A stretch of 28,614 bases of DNA from a virus (lineage: Duplodnaviria; Caudoviricetes), in the IMG/VR virus record IMGVR_UViG_3300037863_000046, positions 1 to 28,614 of that record; one strand, given 5' to 3'. Position numbers and translations under genes: made by a program. Of this stretch, positions 10,353 through 21,132 are shown piece after piece. The notes beneath the pieces were generated by a model, which was not told the DNA's origin, did not search any database, and saw only the letters and a list, made by a program, of their open reading frames with translations. Numbering within the stretch: the first letter of the stretch is position 1; the number at the start of each line of letters is the position of its first letter.

Positions 10353-10820
10353 TTAGAGCCCAGACTGTCTAATTACTTCGTCAAGTTCTTCCTTAGAATT
10401 AGCTGACATAAGTTTGCGATAAATATCATCACCAGAGTCAGGAGTAATACCTTGTCCAGTTAATTTATTCATTTTCTGATAAGCGTCTTGCGTTGCTTGA
10501 TCTACAACAGGCTGGTTTGATTCAGTGGTATCTAATCCGAAAACGTCTCCGTTTTCGTCTAGCCACTTAGACAAAGACTCCTCAGTTGGGTCTAAGTCCT
10601 GTGGTATGAAGGCAGAAATTTTCTTGTTCACACCGCGAGCTTCGAGGACATCCTTAATGGTTCGTTCACGTTGCTGCTTATTTAAGGTTTCAAACTGAGA
10701 CTTTAAGTCTGCTAGTTCTTTTTCCTTTTGCTTATTTGCTTTTCGCAGTTGCTTAACGACGTCATTAGACTCAGTTGTTACTTCGTCTTCGTCATCGTCC
10801 TCGTAGTCGTAATTGGACAT
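10353..10820 (-). CDS. Capsid scaffolding protein (putative)
   Basis: Acidic N-terminus, coiled-coil segment (VKQLRKANKQKEKELADLKSQFETL), immediately upstream of the capsid gene. Confidence 0.75.
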   Translation of the reverse strand: MSNYDYEDDDEDEVTTESNDVVKQLRKANKQKEKELADLKSQFETLNKQQRERTIKDVLEARGVNKKISAFIPQDLDPTEESLSKWLDENGDVFGLDTTESNQPVVDQATQDAYQKMNKLTGQGITPDSGDDIYRKLMSANSKEELDEVIRQSGL

Positions 10821-10845
10821 AGTCCGTCTCCCTTATTAGTTAATC

Positions 10846-10935
10846 GTAGGCCTCACATAGATTTGGGGAAATCTTTGTGGCTCCTACTCCCGGTAATTGT
10901 TGTCGCTCTACTAGGCCGGTAGTTCTAGTAGCAGG
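10846..10935 (-). promoter_or_regulatory. Structured 5' leader upstream of the scaffold gene (two hairpins)
   Basis: CTACTAG(10908-14)/CTAGTAG(10925-31) stem; second stem GTAGG/CCTAC + CACA/TGTG + AGATTT/AAATCT around a 4-nt loop (10846-10887). Confidence 0.55.
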
Positions 10936-10940
10936 TTTAT

Positions 10941-12149
10941 TTAGAAGGAACCAGCACCTGAGTTTCGTGCTAGTGCGTTCTGTGCTAGTCCTGACTGACC
11001 GCCAAAGGATGCTTCCTCAAGTGCGGTTAGTCTCTTACGCTTTCTTGTTGCCTCTACTGCACCTGCTGTGTCAAAGACTTCAGCAGTTGCTGTTTCTTGG
11101 TTGTAAGGTGCCTCATTGTAAATCTCAGATAACATACCACCACGTGGTGCCAACAAGGCTACATTTTGGAATCCTTGTTGTGCTTGTGCTTTAGTAACAC
11201 CGTATCCAGCAAGTTCTTCAGCAGTTGACATACCTGCTGTAAGTCCTTGAGCAAGTGCTGCTCCACCAATTTCGGCTGCAGATATCTTGCGTTGAATATC
11301 TTTAAGAGCGTTCTTAGGATCAAGTGAGTAAGCCAAGATATCGCCATTGGCAATACCAGGATAAAAGTTCTTTAAAGCTGCAAGCACTTCTGGGTTAGAC
11401 TTAAGTACTCTATCTTGTGCAGAGATTAAACGTTCTTCTAGTTCAGATGCTGATACATCTCCCTCAAGAAAAGCATCAAATCCAATCTGTTTACCAGTAG
11501 CATCTTTTGCATAGTAGCTAGCAGGTAGACCATAGTTACGCATAACATTCTGGTACTGGTCTTCTAACTTGATGTACTCTGCTGGATTAAGGGCAGATAG
11601 CCCTGCTCCAATACGCTTAGCGTTGGCAGAAAAACGTGTTTGATACTCAGGTGTTTGCGATAGAGCCAGACGCAAAGAGTCTGCATCATCAATGCCTGAT
11701 TCAAATATAGATCTTAATGGACCTATTAGAGATGATAAACCAAGGTTATTTAATTGAAATGCAATCATATCGTAGGCAGATGTACTACTCTTATTTAAGA
11801 TTTCATTTTCATAGATTGCCTCTGGTACTTCTACCTGAGCGCCTAAAGTCTCGGTCTCTTGAACTGCTTGATTGTATGGGTCAATAACATCAGTAGTAGA
11901 TTGATTAGATATGCCAGTCAATCTATCTATAATAGGTTGAATATTTTTAGTGCTTTCAGTTTTAATTCCAATTCTATTTGCTAAAGCGATCATTCTTGCT
12001 GATTTGTTAATAAAATTTGTAGCAGTCGGAACGCTTGGTGCTAATGCAGCGGCACGTGCTGCGGCATTAGCGGAGGCCTCTTTGGCAGCAGCATTTTTAG
12101 CGTTTGCTGTATCAATATTTGCTTGGTTAAGTACTTTTTTTTGTGCCAT
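10941..12149 (-). CDS. Putative internal virion (DNA ejection) protein
   Basis: 402 aa, Ala/Gln-rich helical; one of three large genes between portal and scaffold. Confidence 0.55.
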   Translation of the reverse strand: MAQKKVLNQANIDTANAKNAAAKEASANAAARAAALAPSVPTATNFINKSARMIALANRIGIKTESTKNIQPIIDRLTGISNQSTTDVIDPYNQAVQETETLGAQVEVPEAIYENEILNKSSTSAYDMIAFQLNNLGLSSLIGPLRSIFESGIDDADSLRLALSQTPEYQTRFSANAKRIGAGLSALNPAEYIKLEDQYQNVMRNYGLPASYYAKDATGKQIGFDAFLEGDVSASELEERLISAQDRVLKSNPEVLAALKNFYPGIANGDILAYSLDPKNALKDIQRKISAAEIGGAALAQGLTAGMSTAEELAGYGVTKAQAQQGFQNVALLAPRGGMLSEIYNEAPYNQETATAEVFDTAGAVEATRKRKRLTALEEASFGGQSGLAQNALARNSGAGSF

Positions 12150-12151
12150 AA

Positions 12152-13597
12152 TTACCCCATAAATCCAAAGTCTTTAAGGACTTGTGTTAAACCAGACGAT
12201 ACTGTTTGACGAGCATTATCGGTATATTGCCAACGTGGATCTTTACGAAGGGATTTCTTAAAATCAAAGAGTGTCATATTTCCCTTGTCAGTAATAGCGT
12301 TGGTAAGAGTTGGATCGTTAAGGTCAATCTTATCAAATGGAATTTCTAAAATAGCAGCCATACTTTGGCGGTATGGTTGATATACTTCAGTTAAATCAGA
12401 ACCTGAATCCATTAGTTTTCTAACATTTTCTGGCATAGCTCCTGCTGCAATAGCACGGATGTTTGCCTTAATCGTTTCTAAGTTTTCACCATTTTTAAGT
12501 CTATTTTTATAAGTCTCAATCTGGCTTGGTAGTAATGTAAGTCCATTATTTTGTGCAGTTGTTTGTAGGTTTTGTATACCTGTGATTGTCTTATCATTTT
12601 TGCGTTGAGCAAACTCCGAAGAAAGACCTATCTTATTAACATTTTTAAGCATAGAATTTGCAGTTTCTTTGTTTATGTTAATTGACTTAAAATCAATTTC
12701 GTTAGGACTTTGAATTAACTGACGAATAATCTCATCTCTTCCTACACCACCACTATACTCGTACTTACCACCTTTAGATCCAGAACGTTTAACTGGGTTT
12801 GCTCTTTCAATCTTATTAAGAATATTTGTAAAAGTTGATATTTCTTGTGATGTTGCATCGCGTCCAAATGCTTGACGCATTTCATTATTAATAACAGAAG
12901 ATGCCTCTGTAGCAGATGCTATATCTACCTGTGGAGTATAGATATCTTCTGTTCCACCACCGATACCACCGGTACCACCGCCATCAATAATTCCTCTTTG
13001 ACGTTGCATTTCTGCAATGTAAGATTCAACTGTTGGAAAGTTTTTGTCTAAGTTGTAGTAGGCTTGAGATCCACTAATTAAACCTTGGTATCCAGCAAGC
13101 AAAGCATCTGTATATCCTCCACTAACAGGTACCTTTGAATCTGAAAAAGAGTTAATCTTATTAGCAATATCTAAACGCCCAGAAGGTGACATTGCTTTAA
13201 GATCAGCACGAGCATTAGCAAGTAAATCTTTAAAAGGGTCAGGTTTTACTTTTGGAGTTCCATCAGGCTTTAACTCAACAGGTGGTGTACCTGATTGAAT
13301 ATCCGAAAGCCTATTTTTTACAACATTATCTTTAGCAGACTTTTGTTTTTTGGAAAGTTCAAATCCTTCTTTAGTATTATCAAACTTTAATTTGGCTTCT
13401 TTTGCTAAATTATCAAGTCTTGTAAATTCTGCTTCATCGGCATCGTAAGTAGTGTTACCAGGCTTATAGTTAGGATTATAAAATTTATTACCTTTACTGG
13501 ATCTTTGCTCAATATAATCTCTTTTAATATCAGCAACTTTGCGTGTATTATTTTCATCTGATTTTAATTTACGAAGTTGTTCTGTTGGCTGTCCCAT
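12152..13597 (-). CDS. Putative internal virion (DNA ejection) protein
   Basis: 481 aa, helical, AGGAGG RBS; C-terminal FKKSLRKDPRWQYTDNA...LKDFGFMG. Confidence 0.55.
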   Translation of the reverse strand: MGQPTEQLRKLKSDENNTRKVADIKRDYIEQRSSKGNKFYNPNYKPGNTTYDADEAEFTRLDNLAKEAKLKFDNTKEGFELSKKQKSAKDNVVKNRLSDIQSGTPPVELKPDGTPKVKPDPFKDLLANARADLKAMSPSGRLDIANKINSFSDSKVPVSGGYTDALLAGYQGLISGSQAYYNLDKNFPTVESYIAEMQRQRGIIDGGGTGGIGGGTEDIYTPQVDIASATEASSVINNEMRQAFGRDATSQEISTFTNILNKIERANPVKRSGSKGGKYEYSGGVGRDEIIRQLIQSPNEIDFKSININKETANSMLKNVNKIGLSSEFAQRKNDKTITGIQNLQTTAQNNGLTLLPSQIETYKNRLKNGENLETIKANIRAIAAGAMPENVRKLMDSGSDLTEVYQPYRQSMAAILEIPFDKIDLNDPTLTNAITDKGNMTLFDFKKSLRKDPRWQYTDNARQTVSSGLTQVLKDFGFMG

Positions 13598-13614
13598 TAA
13601 CTATCCTCCTTGTA

Positions 13615-16600
13615 TTATCTGAACAATGGTGCAAACAAAGAATTGTAAGCAGCCATTGCATTGGGGTCTGATTCAGCCAAAGCCAAAATTGTTTGATTAG
13701 CATTACTCTTAATAAGATCTTTATAGTTTTCACTATTAAGTACTCCGATAGCACCACCAAAATCTCTTTGGCTTATGTAACTATCATAGGTATTTAACAT
13801 ATCGCTAAGTACCTTACGTAACTTAGGCTGTTGTTTAACCGTGTTGTCGTTTAGCATTAAGCGTATATCATCAAGTGCTCTAAGACGCTGGATTGCTTTA
13901 TCTGATCCCTGACTTAATTCTTCTTGAAGATAAGGTCTAGCACCTTTAAATTCATTAGACCATCTTGACCACTCATCACGAACTTGACGCTTTAAGTCTG
14001 TTGATTGAGTTGCAGCCATCTGTTGGTCGTACTCATCTTTTTTATCGTAGTAAATCTGTACATCTTTCTTAGATGAAGTCTCACGTAAAAAATCAAATAC
14101 AGTTTTGTTTTCACGAAGTCCTTTTTTAAACAGCAACTTATACGTATCAAAGTTAAACTCACCAACTCTAGGTATAAGAAATGATGCTGCTTCTGGGTAC
14201 TTAGCAAGCAAAGCCGAGTTATCTTTAACCCAGTCATTTGCACTATCAACTGCAAGGATACTTGCTTTTACTGTTGACTCAGATTCAGAAACCGTATATG
14301 GCATTTGATCTGGGAATAACTTAATCCATTGCTTGATGGCTTTTTCGGTATCTCCATACTTTATAACCATTTCATTGTAACCTTGTTTAAAGCTAACAGT
14401 TCCGTTTGCACGAACCCAATCGGCCATATCTGATTTAAGGTTGACTGATGGAGATGCAGGTGCCACAAATCCTAAAATAAATCTAAGACCTAATACTGTA
14501 AATGTTGAGGCTTGAAGTTTATCTTGAAACTCAGCAAGTTCACCAGCAGTTGGAGGTATTTCTTCTCCAGTTACTGGATCTATTTTTATCTGTATACCGT
14601 GACCTGTAGCCTCAAGGTATGTAATTGCTTTACGAGTAGCAGAAGCACCTTGAGAGTTGCGTTCATCTTTATTTAATGCTTGCCATAGACGGTTAACGTG
14701 TCCAGGAAGTATGGATGAAATCATTGGTTGATCTACACCATATACACCTGTAATATATTGTTCTAATTCTTTAAACTGAGGAATAACATTTCCAATCATC
14801 TTAATTGGAAAAGCTCCAAGAGGTCCAGCAAATGTAGGGAACAAAGAATCAGGGTTAATAGAAGGTGTAATCATCTTCAACTTAGCACCAAATTCAACAG
14901 GCATAGGTGCATTAAGACCTTCTCCTACACCAAACAAACGCATAAACTTGTTCATTGCTTCGTAAACTGGCGTTAAGCCAGGATAAAAGAAGTACTCATC
15001 TCCGTTTTCATCTGTGTCAACAAACCCAGAGTGAGCAATACCTTCATAAGTGAGTGCTCCACGAACGATTGCTTCTGGATTGTATGTAACCGTACGATAA
15101 ATACGACGATAAAAGTCTTCAGTAGCACGATAGAATCGTGCAAAGTTACGACCAGCCATAGCAAGTTGGCTACGTACTTGTGGGTTATCTACAAATGCTA
15201 AAACCTTATCACGTGCCATATCCTCAGCAATAGAAACTATGTGCTTGCTTGCATTGTCTTTAGCTTTAACAAGATCATTGCCAGTAATACCAACTGTATA
15301 ATCATCCATTATGCGCTTTGTGTAACCTGTCTTGTCCATAGTTTTACGTATGTCAAGCATAGAATTAAAGACAAGAGCCTCACGAGAGAAACGGGCATTT
15401 GCTTCACCCATATAATCCCACAGTTTGTTAAATACACTACTAGCATATGTATCTCCAACAGATACAGGTATTAGTGTTGGCCCTGATATTGTACGTGGAT
15501 GCAAATCTACTTCAGTTATTTTTGGAAGGTCGTCAATAGATAGATTTTTAGTAGATAGTTTTATCTCACCAAATTTATTTTTGGTACGAACTTTTTTCCA
15601 AAGTTTTTCATTTAAAGTTCCATCTGCTTTTGAGAATGTATTAAGTACGTCATCATAGGCGCGACTAGCGTGTTCAAATGTAGTGCCACCAATATTTGGT
15701 GAGTATAGCTGGAAGCGTGCTTTAAGAACTGGATTAGTTTCTAAGTAATCTACAAGTTCGTCAATAGCTACCTTTTTGTATTTAAGATTCTTTATAAGTA
15801 TGCTATCTATCTCATCAGATGAGTGAAGAGCAATTTTAATTAACCAAGAAAGTCTAGCCTCTGTACTGGCAACAGGGTTTATATCGGTAAAAATATTACC
15901 TGCTTGCTTATAGGTTTGGCCATCGTATTCAATCGCACGAACAGCACCAAACCTCTCAGCATCATTAGCTGCTTTAAGAGAATATGAACCACCTCTAAGA
16001 GTATTCTTTCCACCTTCTATGACTTCATCAACAATTTCTAATGTACGTCCATACTTTGCAAACTCTGCAATAAGTTCTTTATCTCTGCTTTTTAAAGTCA
16101 CTGATGCTAACTTATTAGTAACCATAGCCTCTGCCATAATTACACGCATCTTATCCACATCACCGCCTGCTTCAGCAATTTTTTGTTGAAACTCTTTAAC
16201 TCTTTTTTTACCAATAAGGCGATTCATAAAACCAAGGTTTGATTCGTAAAACTTTATTTTTTTGCTTTCAAGTTTTTCAAAAGATTCACGCTTTGCTTTT
16301 ATAAGATTATTGTTAGTTTCAATACGTGCAAGAATCTTAGCTTTTGCTTGTGAAGTAGTTGCAAGTTCTGCATTTTTAGTTAACTGAACTATACTGTCTT
16401 CAATCTTAGAAATACTTGCACCAAGATTCTTTTGCTCAGAAGTTAATTTTTCTGAAGCTTCTTTAAACTGACGTGTTCCAGTTGAAATAAATCTACCTTT
16501 AACTAAACCCCAACCTTTGTCTCCAATAGCAATGTTGAGCATATAGTCTTCTGCAGCATTACGTACTGGAAACTTAGGACCTGCAAGCGTAGATATAACC

Positions 16601-18525
16601 CAACCGGATGTTATATCATCTGCTGTCTTTGTGTGTGAAATTCCAATAATACGATTTATAATTCCAGAATGGGCTGAGAAGCGATCTAGTTGCAATAATG
16701 ATGGAACAGATACCGCGCTAGATAACTGCCAACCGTGAAGTGCTACTTGCTGACCATTAAAGTTAGCTGGGTTATATTCAGCAATTACTCTACGTCCTAG
16801 ATCATCAAGAACTGGTTTTCCAAATTCATCTACTTTTTCAACAAGTTGAGTTGCAGCATACTCTGTTTTTAGAGTCATATTGCTGAAATCATCAGAAAAT
16901 CTTTTTCCTGATATGGATTTAGTAACTCCACGTGTTTCAATAATGGTGTTATACAAACCTTTAAATATCTGCTTGCGCTGTCCTTCATCTCCAGCAAGAA
17001 ATGCTTGCTTGATAGTACGAGCGTGATAGCCAGTATTCGTAATAGAAGCTAATTCTTTAATCTTGTCCCCAGATTTAGGCCCCATTACATCAAAGAAACC
17101 ATTATCAAAGAATGGAACAGTTGAAAACTTACGCTTAAAGCGATCAATACGAGCACTTATCTGGTTATCAGTTAGGCGAATAGATCCATTTTTAATCTTG
17201 CCAATAGTGCGTCCTGCTGTTCCTTCAAGGATTCCAATTCGTTCTGCTTGAGTTGCTAAACCTGTAACAATATCCTGTGATCCAGTACCATAGATGGCTT
17301 TCACAATAGCCTGTCCTGCTTTATCAACATTAAATACTTTGTTTGCTGTAGTAAATAACTTTACTTTTGTAAAGCGAGCTACTGTTAAACTTGGAACCAA
17401 AGGTGTTCTACGAGCTGCTTGACCAGATAAAATGTTTTTTACGTCAACGTGGTTCTTAAGAAAATTAGCAGCAGTGTCTGCGTTTTTTACGCCAGCATCA
17501 ATAAACTGTTTAATGGATACGTCACCAAACTCAGGCATTAAAGATCTTGCTTGTTTTTGCAACTCTCCACCAAGGCCAAAGTTTCCACTTTTATTTGCTT
17601 TATCAATTTTAGTAAGTAGTTCACCGTATTGATTAAAAATTGTTTTAACACCAGTTTTTGCAAATACTCTATCAACGGCTTGTGGGTTATTAACCGTATT
17701 CATAAAGTTGCGACCATAGGAATAATCTTCTTTTCCTAATAATCTAAACAAAAGAAAATCTCCAGCATCATATGCCTTCTTTGCTTTACCTAAAGCAAGC
17801 GTTGGGTCTGCAAAAATACGGTAGCTAGCATCGCCAATACCTGAAATACCTTTGTATAGAAATCCTTGACCTTCCATAGACTCTGGCAAAATTGCATTTG
17901 CTATTCCACGACCAGGTGAGTACTTAGCAGCATCTGCTGCCGCAAGAGCATCATTAAATAATTCGTCTTTACCACTAACTGCTGAAGCAGCAATTCTTTG
18001 TTGCTGATCAGTACCGCTAGTTGTTAATTCAGCTAAAGATTTTCCTTTAGCAACTTCAATCGCAATAAACATCATATCTTCGCCAAACTTAGCTTTAGCG
18101 GCAGATATACGATTAGGACTAAATACTTGATCGCCTTTATCGTTTGCTATATCAAAAGCATTTCCTGCACCAAATAAAGATACATTTTGATCTAAAGCAA
18201 TGGCACCTGTACGGTATAGACGTGTCATAAAATCAGAAACTTCATTGACGGCTTGGAATGTACGTACGACTGGTTCTTTTATAATATTACTAGCGTAGTG
18301 AAGTACATTACCTAACACACCTACAGGACCACCACCAAAGAATCCAACGTGTGCTTTTTGTTGGTCAAGTGGCATCTGGTCAAAGTTAGCACGAGCTTGT
18401 TGCTCTGGAAGGTTCTGTAGTTTACGGTGTGAGTCTATAAGTTTAGAAAGACCATCTATTTGAAATTTTTCTTTACCGTTAAGTCCAGCATTAAGTGCTG
18501 CTGCATCAATATTTGGATTAGCCAA
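13615..18525 (-). CDS. Very large putative internal virion/ejection protein (1636 aa)
   Basis: Long helical ORF, TTG start abutting the upstream stop; size and position match podoviral gp16-like ejection proteins; no catalytic motif recognised. Confidence 0.6.
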   Translation of the reverse strand: MANPNIDAAALNAGLNGKEKFQIDGLSKLIDSHRKLQNLPEQQARANFDQMPLDQQKAHVGFFGGGPVGVLGNVLHYASNIIKEPVVRTFQAVNEVSDFMTRLYRTGAIALDQNVSLFGAGNAFDIANDKGDQVFSPNRISAAKAKFGEDMMFIAIEVAKGKSLAELTTSGTDQQQRIAASAVSGKDELFNDALAAADAAKYSPGRGIANAILPESMEGQGFLYKGISGIGDASYRIFADPTLALGKAKKAYDAGDFLLFRLLGKEDYSYGRNFMNTVNNPQAVDRVFAKTGVKTIFNQYGELLTKIDKANKSGNFGLGGELQKQARSLMPEFGDVSIKQFIDAGVKNADTAANFLKNHVDVKNILSGQAARRTPLVPSLTVARFTKVKLFTTANKVFNVDKAGQAIVKAIYGTGSQDIVTGLATQAERIGILEGTAGRTIGKIKNGSIRLTDNQISARIDRFKRKFSTVPFFDNGFFDVMGPKSGDKIKELASITNTGYHARTIKQAFLAGDEGQRKQIFKGLYNTIIETRGVTKSISGKRFSDDFSNMTLKTEYAATQLVEKVDEFGKPVLDDLGRRVIAEYNPANFNGQQVALHGWQLSSAVSVPSLLQLDRFSAHSGIINRIIGISHTKTADDITSGWVISTLAGPKFPVRNAAEDYMLNIAIGDKGWGLVKGRFISTGTRQFKEASEKLTSEQKNLGASISKIEDSIVQLTKNAELATTSQAKAKILARIETNNNLIKAKRESFEKLESKKIKFYESNLGFMNRLIGKKRVKEFQQKIAEAGGDVDKMRVIMAEAMVTNKLASVTLKSRDKELIAEFAKYGRTLEIVDEVIEGGKNTLRGGSYSLKAANDAERFGAVRAIEYDGQTYKQAGNIFTDINPVASTEARLSWLIKIALHSSDEIDSILIKNLKYKKVAIDELVDYLETNPVLKARFQLYSPNIGGTTFEHASRAYDDVLNTFSKADGTLNEKLWKKVRTKNKFGEIKLSTKNLSIDDLPKITEVDLHPRTISGPTLIPVSVGDTYASSVFNKLWDYMGEANARFSREALVFNSMLDIRKTMDKTGYTKRIMDDYTVGITGNDLVKAKDNASKHIVSIAEDMARDKVLAFVDNPQVRSQLAMAGRNFARFYRATEDFYRRIYRTVTYNPEAIVRGALTYEGIAHSGFVDTDENGDEYFFYPGLTPVYEAMNKFMRLFGVGEGLNAPMPVEFGAKLKMITPSINPDSLFPTFAGPLGAFPIKMIGNVIPQFKELEQYITGVYGVDQPMISSILPGHVNRLWQALNKDERNSQGASATRKAITYLEATGHGIQIKIDPVTGEEIPPTAGELAEFQDKLQASTFTVLGLRFILGFVAPASPSVNLKSDMADWVRANGTVSFKQGYNEMVIKYGDTEKAIKQWIKLFPDQMPYTVSESESTVKASILAVDSANDWVKDNSALLAKYPEAASFLIPRVGEFNFDTYKLLFKKGLRENKTVFDFLRETSSKKDVQIYYDKKDEYDQQMAATQSTDLKRQVRDEWSRWSNEFKGARPYLQEELSQGSDKAIQRLRALDDIRLMLNDNTVKQQPKLRKVLSDMLNTYDSYISQRDFGGAIGVLNSENYKDLIKSNANQTILALAESDPNAMAAYNSLFAPLFR

Positions 18526-18966
18526 TTACATACCTCGCGCAAGGGCTTGCTGGTACAGAATTGCAATTTCTCCTGTTTGGTCATAAGGTAACATTTTTGC
18601 AAGAGTATTAGATAGTTTATCTTGAGCCATAAGCGACTTCATCATAAGTGCGTTAGATCCAGCACCTAGACCCATATCAATACCTGTGGTAATAGGTTCA
18701 TCTGGACGTTGTGATGGTGCAAATAATGGAGTCAAAGGACTCCTTTGCATATCTGTAGCGTCTTGACCTTGACGGCCTGCCGCTCTTAACTCTGTATTTG
18801 TAGCACCGCGTACGTCAGGTGTTGATGCCATAGGGGCACCGCCTGCAATATTTGCGGTCTGTACACCTTCACCATATGAGTTTGACTGTGGGAGGTCTGT
18901 ACGTGATGAGAACTTGCCAGGACCGGATACACCCTTAACTGGGTTAGTGGCTTCATTTAGTGCCAT
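18526..18966 (-). CDS. Hypothetical virion-module protein
   Basis: 146 aa Pro/Gly-rich; VSGPGKFSSRTD and PSQRPDEPITTG motifs; AGGAGG RBS. Confidence 0.7.
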   Translation of the reverse strand: MALNEATNPVKGVSGPGKFSSRTDLPQSNSYGEGVQTANIAGGAPMASTPDVRGATNTELRAAGRQGQDATDMQRSPLTPLFAPSQRPDEPITTGIDMGLGAGSNALMMKSLMAQDKLSNTLAKMLPYDQTGEIAILYQQALARGM

Positions 18967-19174
18967 CTTTATCCTCCTGTATATTTTCTAGGTCTATTGC
19001 GAAATCTTCCCACACTTTATTAACTTCGGTTTCTCGGTTAGCGTGGTAGATGCTTAATTCTAAAAGTGATTCAAAAAATGTTGTTATAACTTGTGATATG
19101 TTAAATATAAACTCTGACAAGATAACTAAGAAATCTGTAGAGCGTACTGGACGACGTACTTTATTATTGTCCAT
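18953..19174 (-). CDS. Hypothetical protein
   Basis: 73 aa, GGGAG RBS, 14-bp overlap with the next gene. Confidence 0.6.
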   Translation of the reverse strand: MDNNKVRRPVRSTDFLVILSEFIFNISQVITTFFESLLELSIYHANRETEVNKVWEDFAIDLENIQEDKDGTK

Positions 19175-19200
19175 CGTCCAGCACTCCCATCAGAATAATA

Positions 19201-19338
19201 TTACTTAGAAACTTTCTTACCTGGACGTGCCATTCCTGCGAATGGCTGCATTACTTTGCCACCTGTTACTTTATCTCCTGCCTTACTGCCTTCAACTGGC
19301 TTAGACATTGGAGCTGGTGCTTGTGATCCTTTATTCAT
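19201..19338 (-). CDS. Small basic protein (45 aa)
   Basis: Not in track. GGAGGTG RBS; MNKGSQAPAPMSKPVEGSKAGDKVTGGKVMQPFAGMARPGKKVSK. Confidence 0.7.
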   Translation of the reverse strand: MNKGSQAPAPMSKPVEGSKAGDKVTGGKVMQPFAGMARPGKKVSK

Positions 19339-19356
19339 TTTTCACCTCCCTTGCTT

Positions 19357-21114
19357 TTATGCCGCGCCGCCGATTGAGGCGAGCAGTGATGCAATATCTG
19401 GTCTTGCCTGAGGTGCTTGTTGTCCACCAGGAGCAGGGGCCGCACCGCCAGTTTGATCTGGAGTTGGCTGCGAGGCAGAAGCGGGGGCCATACCTGCACC
19501 TAGTTCGGCAGGCATACCTAACGGAGCCTGCGGTTGTGGTTGTGGCGCAAACGCCTTCTCCACAATAGTTTCGATCTGCATACCCTTTTGACGGCCTTTA
19601 ATAACTTCGGCAATACGGGTAATGATCTGAATTGGATCTTGTCCTTGTGATGTAAGGACAGGTAAAGTCTGAGCGTACTGAGCAACGGCTGTGCGAAGTG
19701 AATCGCGCATCTCTTCGATATCAACCTTTTGTTCTTCTTGAGTAACGTTAATTTCAACAGGCATCTCACGACGTACGTAGTCACGTGAGACTAACTTGTC
19801 AGAGCGCATCTGTAGTAATGCAATGATGGCACGGTTAGGGTCCATACCAGACATAATTCCGTAACGTACATCTACTGTGTAGTCACCGGCAATAGCCTTA
19901 GCAGGTTGGTACTTGAGTGTGTATGGCATACCATCGTCCATACCGCGAATCTCTTTAGTGCGATTACCAAAGACCTTCTCATCAACTGCAAAGCAGATAG
20001 AAATAAGATCGGTAAACAAACGAGCAAACTGTGCTTGTGCTGCTTTAATCTGTGAGTCAAATCCAGCCTGTAGGGCTTGTACACCGCGTCCTGTTATAAC
20101 GCTTGCATCAATATTACCTGAACGAGACTCAGGATAACGAGCACCGATACGTAGTTCACGCTCTAGTACACCAGATTCTGCAAAGATACCAGGTGGTAGG
20201 TCTAGTGGAACGCGACGAATTCCTTGCGGATTAGCAGAACGCATAATTGAATCAGGGCCGATTGCCAACTCTTGCACATCCTGTGGGATAGCGATAGGAG
20301 CTTGGATGGACTTTTCGGCTGCCTGAATCTGTAGCACGGCAAATCTGGCACGTGCAAGTTGTACTGAAAGGATGTCGTCAAACTGACCACGTGCCTCGCC
20401 ATCAATAGATGAACGCATTGCAACTTGTACAAGGCATTTACCTACTGGATTAGGTGTGCGTGCAATAACTAGGTCCTTGCGATCTGGAAGAAAGATTACA
20501 TCTTGTTCTGCGTCGTGGTATCGAACCAATGACATATAAGGACTACCAGGTGAATAGGCGTTCTTACTAACAATCTGATCTGCAAACTCTGGGTACATTG
20601 ATGCAATAGTTGCAGCATCCATACCTACTACTTGAACCAAGGAGGTACAACGACCAAAACGGTCTATCTCTGGGTAGGAACCAAATGGGTTAATCAAAGT
20701 AATAACTGGATCTTTTTTATCGTAGTCTAACTCTACTCTACCGATAAGCATACCGTAGGTGTTAAACCAATCTGCACCTATGTACATCTGTATCTGTAGT
20801 TGTGAGTCATTAACATAGTAGTTAGCAATACGAGCACGTAAGTCTGCAGCCTTTCGGGCTGAGTCACTTGTCATATTACTAGCAGAACAGTTAAATGATG
20901 GTAGTGGTGCCATTGCTTCTGCTAGGTCACGTGCTGCCACGTCAATCATATTTGCTACAAGAGGCTTTGGGTAGTCCTCAGAGAACATAGAAGGATATAC
21001 CTTTGAGAGATCACCCTGACGTGCAGATAGAACCTCACGCATACGCAAGTCGCGTCCGGCATATCTGGTCTGCAGACGGGCAGTCTTAGCAGAGATCTCT
21101 TTTATAGATAACAA
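19357..21114 (-). CDS. Portal protein
   Basis: 585 aa, downstream of TerL; helical core, TGRGVQAL segment, YTVDVRYG, Pro/Gln/Ala-rich disordered C-terminus as in P22/T7-type portals. Confidence 0.8.
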   Translation of the reverse strand: MLSIKEISAKTARLQTRYAGRDLRMREVLSARQGDLSKVYPSMFSEDYPKPLVANMIDVAARDLAEAMAPLPSFNCSASNMTSDSARKAADLRARIANYYVNDSQLQIQMYIGADWFNTYGMLIGRVELDYDKKDPVITLINPFGSYPEIDRFGRCTSLVQVVGMDAATIASMYPEFADQIVSKNAYSPGSPYMSLVRYHDAEQDVIFLPDRKDLVIARTPNPVGKCLVQVAMRSSIDGEARGQFDDILSVQLARARFAVLQIQAAEKSIQAPIAIPQDVQELAIGPDSIMRSANPQGIRRVPLDLPPGIFAESGVLERELRIGARYPESRSGNIDASVITGRGVQALQAGFDSQIKAAQAQFARLFTDLISICFAVDEKVFGNRTKEIRGMDDGMPYTLKYQPAKAIAGDYTVDVRYGIMSGMDPNRAIIALLQMRSDKLVSRDYVRREMPVEINVTQEEQKVDIEEMRDSLRTAVAQYAQTLPVLTSQGQDPIQIITRIAEVIKGRQKGMQIETIVEKAFAPQPQPQAPLGMPAELGAGMAPASASQPTPDQTGGAAPAPGGQQAPQARPDIASLLASIGGAA

Positions 21115-21132
21115 AGTTATGTCCTTAAGTTA

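Noticed and set aside
13615-18525. Tape measure protein or virion RNA polymerase
   Set aside because: Lies between portal and scaffold rather than after tail-tube/chaperone genes; no TMP-like periodic repeats or polymerase catalytic motifs recognised by eye.
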